Positions 18,761-28,297 are shown, numbered from the stretch's first letter. The stretch is DNA of 45,357 nucleotides from Anaerolineales bacterium (GCA_041551115.1 JBFENN010000003.1:1-45357), one strand, 5' to 3'. The notes: generated by a model not told the origin, from the letters alone. A program made the numbers and translations.

Positions 18761-20098
18761 TCATGGATTATCAGTTTCCGCAACATCTGCGCATGATCCG
18801 ACATCAGCTAGATTTACCATAACTTTATCAACGCGGTGACCATCCATATCAACAACCTCAAAACAAAGATTGCTCCAGACAAAAGTATCTGCGGTCTTAG
18901 GTATGCGGCCAAGTTTTGTCATGACCAAGCCACCCAAGGTCTGGTAATGTCCCCGCTCCTCTTCTGGGAAATCAAATATACGGAATAGGTCTTCGAATTC
19001 GTCAATGGGAAGCATTCCATCCAACAGCCACGAACCATCTGCTCGTTGGACAACTTCCGAGGTTTCATCACCGAAAGTATCGGGGATCTCACCAACTAGC
19101 GCTTCAAGCAAATCAAACACTGTAACCATGCCCTGCAATCCACCGAACTCATCGATGATCAAAGCCGTGTGGACACTGGTTTGTTTAAATAATTCTAAAA
19201 CTTTTAGCGCAGACATACTCTCTGGGACATATAGTGGCTCAAAGATGGCTTTCTCGACATCAGCTTGTTTTATAACAGTTGTATCTGCTAGCAAATCTTT
19301 CGCCTGGATAACGCCCATCACACTATCTAAACTTTTATATGCAACGGGGAACCGAGAATGGACGCGGCTGGCGAGTTTTCGTTGGTTTACATCCCAGGAG
19401 TCTTCCATGTCTAACCATACAATCTCTGTCCGCGGGGTCATCAGCGAGCCTACCCGCCGATCAGTAAACCGGAAGACTGCCGAAACCATTTCCTGTTCGG
19501 CAGATTCGAATATCCCCGCCCGGGTGCCCTGATCGATTAATACTTTGATCTCTTCTTCTGTTATGGGCGGATCCTGAGAAGGTTTAACTCTTAATAGCCG
19601 GATCATTACCTCAGATGAAGCACTCATCAGCCTCACGATAGGCAAGGTTAGTTGGGTAAATCTCTGCATTGGTTTAGAAACACGCATGGCTACACGCTCG
19701 GGATTATTCAAACCGAGGCGCTTTGGTACCAGCTCACCAAAAATCAAAGTCAAGTACGTTATTATGGCTACAACAAAAACTAATGCAATCAGCTCATTGT
19801 ACGTTCCTAGTATTGGAAAATTCTCTATCCACGAAGCAAGCTGTTCGGCGATTGTAGCCCCACCAAATGCACCCGCTAAAATACCGACCAGAGTGATCCC
19901 GATCTGAATGGTAGACAAGAAATCGCCGGGGTCGTTCGCCAATTGCAGCGCACCAACAGCATGCTCTTCCCCTTGTTCAACCAACTGCTGCAAGCGAGCC
20001 TTTCGTGCTGAGACAACCGAAATCTCAGCCATCGCCAATAAACCATTCACTCCAATCAGTACCAATATGATTAATACTTCAATAGCTATACTTGACAT
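18761..20098 (-). CDS. CNNM/HlyC-CorC family transporter (DUF21 + 2 CBS + CorC domains)
   Basis: 'NGLLAMAEIS', 'FLSTIQIGIT', 'FGELVPK', 'MTPRTEI', 'DEFGG', 'DMDGHRVDKV'. Confidence 0.92.
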   Translation of the reverse strand: MSSIAIEVLIILVLIGVNGLLAMAEISVVSARKARLQQLVEQGEEHAVGALQLANDPGDFLSTIQIGITLVGILAGAFGGATIAEQLASWIENFPILGTYNELIALVFVVAIITYLTLIFGELVPKRLGLNNPERVAMRVSKPMQRFTQLTLPIVRLMSASSEVMIRLLRVKPSQDPPITEEEIKVLIDQGTRAGIFESAEQEMVSAVFRFTDRRVGSLMTPRTEIVWLDMEDSWDVNQRKLASRVHSRFPVAYKSLDSVMGVIQAKDLLADTTVIKQADVEKAIFEPLYVPESMSALKVLELFKQTSVHTALIIDEFGGLQGMVTVFDLLEALVGEIPDTFGDETSEVVQRADGSWLLDGMLPIDEFEDLFRIFDFPEEERGHYQTLGGLVMTKLGRIPKTADTFVWSNLCFEVVDMDGHRVDKVMVNLADVGSCADVAETDNP

Positions 20099-20284
20099 TT
20101 TATTGTACGGATCCTTAAGAGTTAATCACTTTCCACTAAAACTAATTCAGACCATTTGTCCACCAGAAATGTAGAGGCACAGACTGGTTTAAGATTCCAT
20201 AACGACAGTGCTCCATTGACCAAAATACGGTAACTAGATGATTGTCATGACGAGAATCTCATCAAGCAAAAACCTCCAATTTCC

Positions 20285-21538
20285 CTAGCGCAGTTCACGT
20301 CCGCTATAACCGAGGATGTTGCGAGCGACAATTAGCCGGTTAATTTGACCAGTACCTTCGTAGATATCAGTGATCTTGGCGTCCCGGAACCATTTTTCTA
20401 GTAATAGATCACGGCTGTAGCCAAGTGGTCCCATCAACTCAACAGCCTTTTGGGTTATATTGGTTACCACATCGCCCGCCCGGACCTTTGACATCGACGC
20501 TTCCAGAGGGTTCGGTTTTTGGTTATCCGCCATCCAAACTGCCTTGATCACCAACAACCAAGCGGATCTGAGCATCACTTCCATGTCAATGATTTCCTTC
20601 TCAATATATGTCAGTTTCTGCCTGGGTATCCCATAACGAACGGTCACGCCTTGTTGTTGTAGCAGCTCTTTAAGCAGTTCCAAAGTCGCCCGCGCAACAC
20701 CTATACCTGTCGCTGCCACCAGCGGTCTGGTTGCATCGAACGTCGCCATCGCGCCCTTGAAACCCCGGGTGGATTTTGTCTGTACTTCGGGACTACCAAG
20801 AATGTTTTCGAACGGCACTTTGGCATCCTGCAGTACGATCGAAGCTGTATCACTGGCCCGGATGCCAAGTTTGTGCTCAAGTTTCGTCACTTGCACACCC
20901 GGAGTACCTGCTTCGACAACAAAAGGTCGCATACCGGCCCGACCTGCGCTCGGGTCAATCGTGGCCCAAACAACTACAAAACCATCACTAACTTCCAGCG
21001 ATTTGTGACCGGCAGTAACGAATATCTTTTCTCCGTTTAATATCCATTCATTCGTGTTGGGATCTAATACAGCCGTTGCTTTTATTGCAGATGTATCGGA
21101 CCCAGCATCCGGTTCAGTCATCGCCATAGCACCAAAACCTGGTTTTTCGCCAGCAAAACGGGCCAGGAATTTTTGTTTTTGTTCAGGTGTTCCAGTAGCT
21201 TCAACTGCAGCCGCCCCTAGCCCACCACCCGGTGTCACCAAATATAAGCCTACATCACCCCACGAAAGAATCTCCAGCATGAAAGCTAATGATTGGTAGC
21301 CAATTGGGGGATATTTTGGCTTATCAGTTTCCGGTTTTTTCTCGCTCTTTCGGGGTGCTAGGGAACCAACGCCAGTGGCTCGCATCGCCATATGCATGAA
21401 ATTGATGTAATCCCATGGAATCTCATGCTCGTTTTCATCAAAATATCGTGATACCGGCCGCATCATATTCTCAGCAACAGTTTTTAACGCAACCTCCTGC
21501 TGAGCAATTGGTTTGGGAGCCTCAAATTCAATCATCAC
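20285..21538 (-). CDS. Acyl-CoA dehydrogenase, catalytic subunit (FadE23-like)
   Basis: 'MAMTEPDAGSD', 'KLGIRASDT', 'RDAKITDIYEGTGQI' with the catalytic Glu. Confidence 0.93.
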   Translation of the reverse strand: MMIEFEAPKPIAQQEVALKTVAENMMRPVSRYFDENEHEIPWDYINFMHMAMRATGVGSLAPRKSEKKPETDKPKYPPIGYQSLAFMLEILSWGDVGLYLVTPGGGLGAAAVEATGTPEQKQKFLARFAGEKPGFGAMAMTEPDAGSDTSAIKATAVLDPNTNEWILNGEKIFVTAGHKSLEVSDGFVVVWATIDPSAGRAGMRPFVVEAGTPGVQVTKLEHKLGIRASDTASIVLQDAKVPFENILGSPEVQTKSTRGFKGAMATFDATRPLVAATGIGVARATLELLKELLQQQGVTVRYGIPRQKLTYIEKEIIDMEVMLRSAWLLVIKAVWMADNQKPNPLEASMSKVRAGDVVTNITQKAVELMGPLGYSRDLLLEKWFRDAKITDIYEGTGQINRLIVARNILGYSGRELR

Positions 21539-21601
21539 TTTTCTCCTCTACTTCCATAACAGTATCTGTGAACAACCATTCTGTACAGAAACCTAGAATC
21601 G

Positions 21602-22696
21602 TTATACGATTGCCAAACCGTTCAACATCGCAATTCCACGTCCATTACGCATCCACAGCTCAACCGGGTGCTCGCGGATATAACCATGACCACCAAGAAT
21701 TTGGACGGCGCGATCTGTGACCATCATAGCCATATCGATTGCGCCTGTGAGCGCCAGGTAGGTGTGCGTGTTCGCTTCAGGTTTTTCACTGTCCAACATC
21801 CAGGCAGCTTCCCATGTGAGCAGCCGAATCGCTTCGATCTCTGTTGCCATCTCTGCTATCATAAAAGCAATCGTTTGCTTCTGCGCAACCTTCACACCAA
21901 ATACATCCCGCTCCTTGGCATAATCACGGGCATACTCTAAAGCTGCACGTGAAAGCCCCACTGCCATCCCTGCTAGTGCCACCTGCATGGAAGCCAAGAT
22001 AGTGGAGAAATCGTGACCGACTTCACCTCCGAGCCGATTTCCTTGCGGGATAGAAGCCTGGCTAAATTTAACCTTATACAGGGGCAGGCCATTAATCCCC
22101 ATCAGCTTCTCACGTTCGACGATTTCCACTCCCTCAGCAGCAGGTGGCAGGATAAAGCCTTGGGTTACGCCATCCAAGCTGGCATACACAATCATCCCAG
22201 CTGCACCATCTGCGTACGGCACAAAGCATTTCTCTCCATCGAGCAGGTAACCGTTACCATTTTTTTTTGCGGTTGTCTTTAGTTCATTGGGATCAAAATT
22301 ATATTCAGGTTCAATCAAAGCCGCAGTATATGGCAGCCATTCAGCTTCGACCACTTTCTCCAGGTACATTTGCTTCTGATCTTGACTACCGGCAATCAAG
22401 ATCGGAACAGCAAATAAACCTGGCAGCATCACTGCCAAACTCCCCGCCAGGTCTCCCCAAGCAAGTTCTTCGGCAGCCAGAACACCGCAAACAGCCGAGC
22501 GCTCACCAAAGCCACCATACTCCTCTGGCGTAGAAGCTTGCAGATAACCCAGTTCCCAACCTTTCTCAACTAGCTTAGACGGTATTTGGTTCTCTTCGTC
22601 AGCATCATGTGCCTGAGGGCGCAGGTCATTTGTTGAGAAACGTTGAATGGCATCCACCAACATTTTCTGTTCTTCCGAAGGTTCAAATGAATACAT
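21602..22696 (-). CDS. Acyl-CoA dehydrogenase family protein, probable non-catalytic partner (FadE24-like)
   Basis: ACAD fold motifs 'PEEYGG', 'YAKERDVFG', 'QILGGHGYIREHPVE'. The protein ends before any YEGT-type segment. Confidence 0.88.
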   Translation of the reverse strand: MYSFEPSEEQKMLVDAIQRFSTNDLRPQAHDADEENQIPSKLVEKGWELGYLQASTPEEYGGFGERSAVCGVLAAEELAWGDLAGSLAVMLPGLFAVPILIAGSQDQKQMYLEKVVEAEWLPYTAALIEPEYNFDPNELKTTAKKNGNGYLLDGEKCFVPYADGAAGMIVYASLDGVTQGFILPPAAEGVEIVEREKLMGINGLPLYKVKFSQASIPQGNRLGGEVGHDFSTILASMQVALAGMAVGLSRAALEYARDYAKERDVFGVKVAQKQTIAFMIAEMATEIEAIRLLTWEAAWMLDSEKPEANTHTYLALTGAIDMAMMVTDRAVQILGGHGYIREHPVELWMRNGRGIAMLNGLAIV

Positions 22697-22766
22697 TGCC
22701 TATCTCCTTCAAACTCGTTCGTGCAACTCTTCCATAGGATTCTATTCACAAACAGCCGCGCTCACC

Positions 22767-23813
22767 TTAGAACCGGCAATAGCGCATGTGAATCGGAGTA
22801 TCGCTGCGAACCAATTCTTCATGATTGATCATTCTCAGTTCGCCATGTTGGTATAAGAACTCTACATAGGCTCCAGCCTCCTCTAGCGCAAGAAGATTAT
22901 TGTAGCCTTCCACGTCTACAAACAGTTTATCGCAGATATCTGCGATAGTATTCGGAGAACCACATAGATCTTTGACAGCTTCGAGGCGCTCTTCATGCAG
23001 CCAGCGAATTTCTTCAATTCGTTGTATTAAATTTGTGATTGGTTTTTTGTGACCTCCTAAGGTTAGCTTGATTTGCCCAGCCCAATCGAGAACCTTATCC
23101 AGCGACTCCAAGTAATGCCTCAACCCGGTGAAAGAAGCCAATCTCTCAGGTGATTGATGTGGACTGAGTTCACTGAGAATGTGATCCCCGCTGAAAAGAA
23201 TATCATCCAACCGCAAGACAACATGACCTGGGCTGTGACCCGGGACATGGAGGATATAAAAAGGTCCCACCTGCATTCCTGCTTCTTCGAACGTGAAATC
23301 CACTTCTATAGAATGGAAAAGCATCTTGTGAAGCCGGAAAAACTCGAGACACTCTGCCTGAAGCTGGTCTGGAACACCAGTTTCAGCAATATATCTTGCT
23401 AATCTATGTGTTGCTATCTCAATCTGCTCCTCGTAGTTATTCAAGTTGTGTACATCTAATTCATGGATACCGAGTAAGGCATCTGAGCGTTCGCGGATGT
23501 AGTGCAATCCACCAATGTGGTCGATGTGCCCATGGGTGATCAAAATATGGGTCAGGTCATGGAAATCCAAGGGGGAGCCATACTGGAGGCCTACTTGCTT
23601 TAGGCCTTCGTGGAGGTGCATGTTTGAATTACCAAAACCTGAACCCGTATCAATCAGCACCCGGTAAGGTGAGCCTTCGTAATCGTCTATTAGGGCGATG
23701 TAGGCGTACCCCTCCAATATCGGGAACTCGTGTAGCGGAATCTGAAAAACCTGGGCACCACTCCCTGTTTCAAAACGCTTGACTTCCAGCGTGCTGATAG
23801 AACTAATCCTCAT
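22767..23813 (-). CDS. Metallo-beta-lactamase-fold hydrolase
   Basis: 'LIDTG', 'THGHIDHIGG', 'PGHSPGH', 'SGDH', 'GH'. Start set at ATG 23813, overlapping the TetR 3' end. Confidence 0.88.
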   Translation of the reverse strand: MRISSISTLEVKRFETGSGAQVFQIPLHEFPILEGYAYIALIDDYEGSPYRVLIDTGSGFGNSNMHLHEGLKQVGLQYGSPLDFHDLTHILITHGHIDHIGGLHYIRERSDALLGIHELDVHNLNNYEEQIEIATHRLARYIAETGVPDQLQAECLEFFRLHKMLFHSIEVDFTFEEAGMQVGPFYILHVPGHSPGHVVLRLDDILFSGDHILSELSPHQSPERLASFTGLRHYLESLDKVLDWAGQIKLTLGGHKKPITNLIQRIEEIRWLHEERLEAVKDLCGSPNTIADICDKLFVDVEGYNNLLALEEAGAYVEFLYQHGELRMINHEELVRSDTPIHMRYCRF

Positions 23814-24384
23814 TTGTTTGCCTCTGCAGTAATCCGCTGAGGAATAGGTTAGCATATTGATCAGCGATCTGGTTGGGTGTGAGTACTCCTTCAGGGTGAT
23901 ACCAAGTGATTGTCCAGTTCATAACTCCCAATAACGCGCGTGAAGCTACTGCGGGGTCAGTGCTATTGAAAACGCCAGCGTCAATCCCTTCTTGGATTAA
24001 ATCCCGCCATAATTGTTCAAAACGATCTCGCCGAAAGATATGCCGAGAACGATATTCATCCCGCAGGGAGCGGTATTCGAGCAGTAAAACTGAAGCAAGT
24101 TCACGGTTTTCCAACATATCAGTTAAGTAAACATACATGACTTGACGCAGCTTGCTCGTAATCGGGATGGGCTGATTGATAACCGGGTAAATGTGCTCAA
24201 TCAGCATATCCAACGCCTGGTCCAACAATGCAAGTAAGATTTCTTGTTTGCTATCAATGTGGTGATATAGACTGGCTTTCTGTAAATTCACCGTCTGGGC
24301 AATATCCTGCATAGAAGCGGCGTGGAACCCTTTCTGGCTAAATACTTGGGCAGCTGCTGTCAAGATATCATTCCGATTCATCAT
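23803..24384 (-). CDS. TetR family regulator (KstR2/PaaR/PfmR-like, probably acyl-CoA responsive)
   Basis: HTH 'GFHAASMQDIAQTVNLQKASLYHHIDSK' and C-terminal 'MNWTITWYHPEG'. First gene of the fatty-acid cluster. Confidence 0.93.
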   Translation of the reverse strand: MMNRNDILTAAAQVFSQKGFHAASMQDIAQTVNLQKASLYHHIDSKQEILLALLDQALDMLIEHIYPVINQPIPITSKLRQVMYVYLTDMLENRELASVLLLEYRSLRDEYRSRHIFRRDRFEQLWRDLIQEGIDAGVFNSTDPAVASRALLGVMNWTITWYHPEGVLTPNQIADQYANLFLSGLLQRQTNED

Positions 24385-24390
24385 GCTTCC

Positions 24391-24441
24391 CTACCGACCG
24401 TTCGGTAGTTAGAGCATAGCAAAATTCTACCTCACTGTCAA
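24391..24441 (-). promoter_or_regulatory. Promoter and palindromic TetR operator of the beta-oxidation cluster
   Basis: Minus strand TTGACA (24441-24436), 17 bp, TG-C-TATGCT (24418-24413). Operator CTACCGA-CCGT-TCGGTAG (24391-24408) overlaps the predicted +1. Confidence 0.8.
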
Positions 24442-24569
24442 GTTAACTACAGAGAGCTATAAATGTATCTGCTATACCTGTTTGGGAGCTTTATTTCGAA
24501 ATGCTTGAACCAAGTCACTCACAACGCCCCACTGGGCTAAAAGTGCCTGATTCAGTTTGCGGCCCATCA

Positions 24570-25460
24570 TCACGGTCCTTGGGGAGAAAGACTCGATGCG
24601 TGTAATTCATATAAATGGAATGGATCGAAATGTGTGAACTCGCCACCAGTCCGCCAGCGGGTGTAGTTGCTCCGCTCTTCGGGTGTTGTCTGGGTGCTGT
24701 AGTAGCTCATCCCTTCAAAGACTTCTCCAGAAGGGCCAATGCGTGTTTCCATGTGCAGGTGCGGGACACCTGCATTGCCACTTTTGCCAACGAAGCCAAC
24801 AATATCACACGCGGGTAAGCTTTCCATGAGAGCTACCGATGGTGGGTCAGAGAGATGGGCATATAGAATATACAAGGCTTCTCCATATTCAATACCCAAG
24901 CCGTCCTGGACATATTGTGGTAAAGCCGTCCAAGCCGTCTCCAGCATGATTGCGTTGCCGTAGGGGAACGAATCGGCCAACACCATCACAACTTTGGACG
25001 CCATCACGGTTTGGACACCCATACCCAGTATCGATGCGATATCACCACGCCTGTAAAACGAGAAGTCCACTCCATGGTGGCGGTCTTCTTTGCCGGGTGG
25101 TGGCGGCTCATATGGCGCTGAAACAATATCCGCCAATTCGTCAATAGGTATATCCGCCAAAGGCGAACAAATCTCAAACTCATCAACTGGCTTTCGATCA
25201 GCTTGTATAGACGGCGGCGCTAAACCCACACCAGGAGCCATGGTTGCAGTGGATTTGGTTACGCTCTCCGTTGATAATTGGATAGCTGATTGCCGCGTTT
25301 GTTGATTAGTTTTCGGCAAATCAACAGACCCTTTACCTCGCGCTATTGTCGTTGGGGTTATTGTAAATGTTGTTTGAGACTTGTACCGGTTTGTTGGGCT
25401 GCAACTGACAAGTATCATCACCAGGAACAGCAGGTACGCTTTACACGCATAGCGCATCAT
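24570..25460 (-). CDS. M23 family metallopeptidase, predicted lipoprotein
   Basis: Lipobox LVS|C, T/S-rich linker, HxxxD 'HHGVD', 'YAHL', HxH 'PHLH'. Confidence 0.85.
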   Translation of the reverse strand: MMRYACKAYLLFLVMILVSCSPTNRYKSQTTFTITPTTIARGKGSVDLPKTNQQTRQSAIQLSTESVTKSTATMAPGVGLAPPSIQADRKPVDEFEICSPLADIPIDELADIVSAPYEPPPPGKEDRHHGVDFSFYRRGDIASILGMGVQTVMASKVVMVLADSFPYGNAIMLETAWTALPQYVQDGLGIEYGEALYILYAHLSDPPSVALMESLPACDIVGFVGKSGNAGVPHLHMETRIGPSGEVFEGMSYYSTQTTPEERSNYTRWRTGGEFTHFDPFHLYELHASSLSPQGP

Positions 25461-25534
25461 AGGTGTTTCCCTTGAATCATTGTTCGAATTATACTTGCCA
25501 ATAGGTTTATATTTTCAAGGAAGCTCAGCGTGGG

Positions 25535-25563
25535 TTGTCAGAAGATGGGTATCGCGCTATAAT
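25535..25563 (+). promoter_or_regulatory. Promoter of tRNA-Pro
   Basis: TTGTCA (25535-25540), 17 bp, TATAAT (25558-25563). Confidence 0.75.
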
Positions 25564-25576
25564 GTGTGCCTTATTA

Positions 25577-25651
25577 CGGGGCGTGGCGCAGTCCGGCTAG
25601 CGCGCTTGCATGGGGTGCAAGAGGCCCTGGGTTCAAATCCCAGCGCCCCGA
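25577..25651 (+). tRNA. tRNA-Pro (anticodon GGG), CCA not encoded
   Basis: Acceptor stem CGGGGCG/CGCCCCG plus discriminator A, D stem GCGC/GCGC, anticodon arm CTTGC-ATGGGGT-GCAAG, T arm CTGGG-TTCAAAT-CCCAG. Confidence 0.97.
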
Positions 25652-25656
25652 CTCAG

Positions 25657-25691
25657 AACCGCTTGCTCATTTCTCTGAACGAGCGGTTTTG
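25657..25691 (+). terminator. Probable terminator after tRNA-Pro
   Basis: AACCGCTTGCTCA / TGAACGAGCGGTT imperfect stem followed by a T-rich tail. Confidence 0.6.
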
Positions 25692-25929
25692 TGTTACGAT
25701 GACCTTCTAGCAGAGCAGGGTGAGATAGAATATATACCTGCCCGTATTGTTTCTTCCTGCTGATAATTATTCAGTATTGCTTCCACAGCCGTTGCGCCTT
25801 AAGCTGAATTGTAAATCCAGCAATCCTCTCCAGCTTCCTCGCCTTGCAAAAGACCAAGTCCAGCCATAGCAGATTTGCTTTATAAGAAAAACAATCACAT
25901 GTGGTTCGAGAAGATCATCAAGCTTGTCT

Positions 25930-25977
25930 CATAAATTGCGAACGCCCGGGTGAGGGGGGCACCCGGACGCTCGCGAC
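25930..25977 (-). ncRNA. Candidate small RNA: 15-bp hairpin with CCCCCCU loop
   Basis: Minus strand GCGAGCGUCCGGGUG-CCCCCCU-CACCCGGGCGUUCGC, fully paired with two G-U pairs only in this orientation. Promoter TTGAAT (26009-26004), 17 bp, TG-G-TATATT (25986-25981) sits directly upstream. Ends are approximate. Confidence 0.5.
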
Positions 25978-26125
25978 TTCAATATACCATACTACCCATA
26001 TAAATTCAATAGGTGCTTCATAATAATGTACCTCTGATCAACTAAATACCAGGATGTTTATCCTTTTTGGCATATATTAGCCGCTCTTAATCTCATTAAT
26101 ACTGGCCTCAGGTATAATTCGCCGT

Positions 26126-27199
26126 ATGCAGCGCAAGATTACACGCAGGGATTTCTTGAAAATAAGCGGATTAGCCCTCGGAAGTGTCGCCTTTGGACCT
26201 GTATTTCCTCGTCCGTTAGAGCAAGATTATGGCGAGATTGCTCGGGTCACAATTGCGGAAATCGACCTATATGCCAAACCGCGAGATGATAGTGAAATCA
26301 TAGGCAAACGCTATCGCGACCAGATTGTCCATATCTACGAAGAAATCGAATCCTCTGCAGGTCCAGCCCACAATCCGTTCTGGTATCGGGTTTGGGGTGG
26401 CTATCTGCACAGCCGGTATATGCAAAAAGTAAAAGTCCAGCATAACAAACCCCTTTCTTTGATTCCAGAAGCCGGTCAACTATCTGAAGTGACTGTCCCC
26501 TATTCCATAGCCTATCAGCATTCATACTGGGAGGGTTGGCAGCCCTGGAAAGGGTCACGTCTGTATTATTCGACCACCCATTGGATTACCGGAATCGAAG
26601 AAGGGTATGATGGCAAGCCGTGGTACCAACTCACGTCGGAGATAGATGCCAATCTGAAGTACTACGTACCAACTGCACATTTGCGTCCGATTCAAGACGA
26701 AGAAATAAGTCCCATCTCCCCCGATGTACCTGAACACGAAAAGCATATCGAAGTATCAATCGGTCGACAAACTTTCTCCGCCTACGAATATGACCAGGTA
26801 GTTCACGAAGCAAGAATCTCTTCCGGTATTCCCAGTCCACTCCGATCACCAAACGATTTCCCAACTGCAACCCCTGCTGGGACTTTCCGCATTTTCTCAA
26901 AGATGCCTAACAAACACATGGGCAGCGTAAGCGGTAATCCTGATGCCAATAATGGAGATTCGTTCTCCTTACCCGGTGTACCATGGACAAGCTTTTTCAA
27001 GAATCCCGGGGGATATGCCTTCCATGGCACGTATTGGCATAACAATTTTGGCGTCCAGATGAGTCATGGATGTATCAATATGCGCAACGAGGATGCCAAA
27101 TGGCTCTTTCGCTGGTGTAACCCAGTATATGAAACGCCAATTGAGAGTGATTTCGACTGGGAGCGGCGCGGCCGCGGCACACAGGTGATCATCACTTAA
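26126..27199 (+). CDS. L,D-transpeptidase (YkuD domain) with Tat signal
   Basis: 'TRRDFLK' and 'AFHGTYWHNNFGVQMSHGCIN'. TATAAT 7 nt upstream suggests a leaderless mRNA. Confidence 0.9.
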   Translation: MQRKITRRDFLKISGLALGSVAFGPVFPRPLEQDYGEIARVTIAEIDLYAKPRDDSEIIGKRYRDQIVHIYEEIESSAGPAHNPFWYRVWGGYLHSRYMQKVKVQHNKPLSLIPEAGQLSEVTVPYSIAYQHSYWEGWQPWKGSRLYYSTTHWITGIEEGYDGKPWYQLTSEIDANLKYYVPTAHLRPIQDEEISPISPDVPEHEKHIEVSIGRQTFSAYEYDQVVHEARISSGIPSPLRSPNDFPTATPAGTFRIFSKMPNKHMGSVSGNPDANNGDSFSLPGVPWTSFFKNPGGYAFHGTYWHNNFGVQMSHGCINMRNEDAKWLFRWCNPVYETPIESDFDWERRGRGTQVIIT

Positions 27200-27209
27200 T
27201 TTTGCGGAG

Positions 27210-28277
27210 ATGGATAAAAATACATCCACTCAGCTCTCCCGGCGTAGTTTCTTACAAACCAGCCTTCTTTCCGCTTGTTCATTCCTATTCCAACCTTTCA
27301 AGATAAATATCCCCATCGATATTGAACTGCCCCCTCCAATTGGGCAAGGACGTGTCTCTACTACTATCATCTATTACTACCAGGAACCATCATTTAAGTC
27401 CAAGCGCAACGGAATTCTCCTGAGAGATGAGCTGATCGCGCTGTACGATACGATCATCAGCCCAAATGGGCCTGGATACAATCCGCGTTGGTATCAGATT
27501 TCAAAGGGCTATATCCACAGCGGGTATATCCAACGGGTAGAACGGGCCAAATTAAATATCCCGCCGCTCAAAGAAGTTAGGACTGAAGGACAGTTAGGGG
27601 AAATCAGCGTACCATTCACACGCTCATACCGCCTGGTAGGTAAGGAATGGAAACCGCTTTACCGTTTGTATTTCGGTTCTGTTCATTGGATCACAGATGT
27701 ATTAAAAGGCCGCGATCGGAGGACTTGGTATCGGCTAACAGATGAGCGAATGCATGTTCACCACATTGTCCCTGGTGTTCATGTGCGCCCGTTACCAGAT
27801 AGAGAGCTGTCGCCCCTCTCTAGGCATGTTCCCGCAGAAGAAAAACGGATTCAGGTCTCCATACCTGAACAGAAACTGATCGCGTCAGAAGGCAGCCGAA
27901 CGATTTTTCAGATTCCAATTTCGAGTGGGATGCGCCTTACCGAACCACCTGCCAATGGGATCCCCACGGAAACTCCCATCGGCCGATTCCGTATAAGCAC
28001 CAAAATGCCCTCTAAGCACATGGGGGAAGGGAATTTATCAGATGACATCGAGGCATATGAGCTGTTAGGTGTGCCGTGGGTAGGTTTTTTCCACAGCGAT
28101 GGCTACGGTGTGCATGGCACTTACTGGCATGATAATTTTGGGCGGCGGATGAGCCATGGCTGTATCAACGCCCCCAGCCAATACGCCAAGTGGCTATATC
28201 GCTGGATGGATCCAGTTATTGGAATCGGGGAATGGTATCGTCGAGGATCCGGAACGGTTATTGAAATTACTGGCTGA
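27210..28277 (+). CDS. L,D-transpeptidase (YkuD domain) with Tat-like signal, paralog of the upstream gene
   Basis: 'SRRSFLQ' and 'GVHGTYWHDNFGRRMSHGCIN'. Colinear with the upstream protein. Confidence 0.9.
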   Translation: MDKNTSTQLSRRSFLQTSLLSACSFLFQPFKINIPIDIELPPPIGQGRVSTTIIYYYQEPSFKSKRNGILLRDELIALYDTIISPNGPGYNPRWYQISKGYIHSGYIQRVERAKLNIPPLKEVRTEGQLGEISVPFTRSYRLVGKEWKPLYRLYFGSVHWITDVLKGRDRRTWYRLTDERMHVHHIVPGVHVRPLPDRELSPLSRHVPAEEKRIQVSIPEQKLIASEGSRTIFQIPISSGMRLTEPPANGIPTETPIGRFRISTKMPSKHMGEGNLSDDIEAYELLGVPWVGFFHSDGYGVHGTYWHDNFGRRMSHGCINAPSQYAKWLYRWMDPVIGIGEWYRRGSGTVIEITG

Positions 28278-28297
28278 ATCAATCCGATAACATCCAT

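Noticed and set aside
11911-25651. Functional clustering of proS with tRNA-Pro(GGG)
   Set aside because: They are about 12 kb apart with unrelated operons between them, so probably coincidental.
25480-25763. ORFs 25480-25710 and 25566-25763
   Set aside because: They overlap the tRNA-Pro gene and its promoter, so they are spurious.
25692-25930. Possible integrated element or pseudogene after tRNA-Pro
   Set aside because: No integrase, no duplicated tRNA 3' end noticed, and no recognisable protein fragment.
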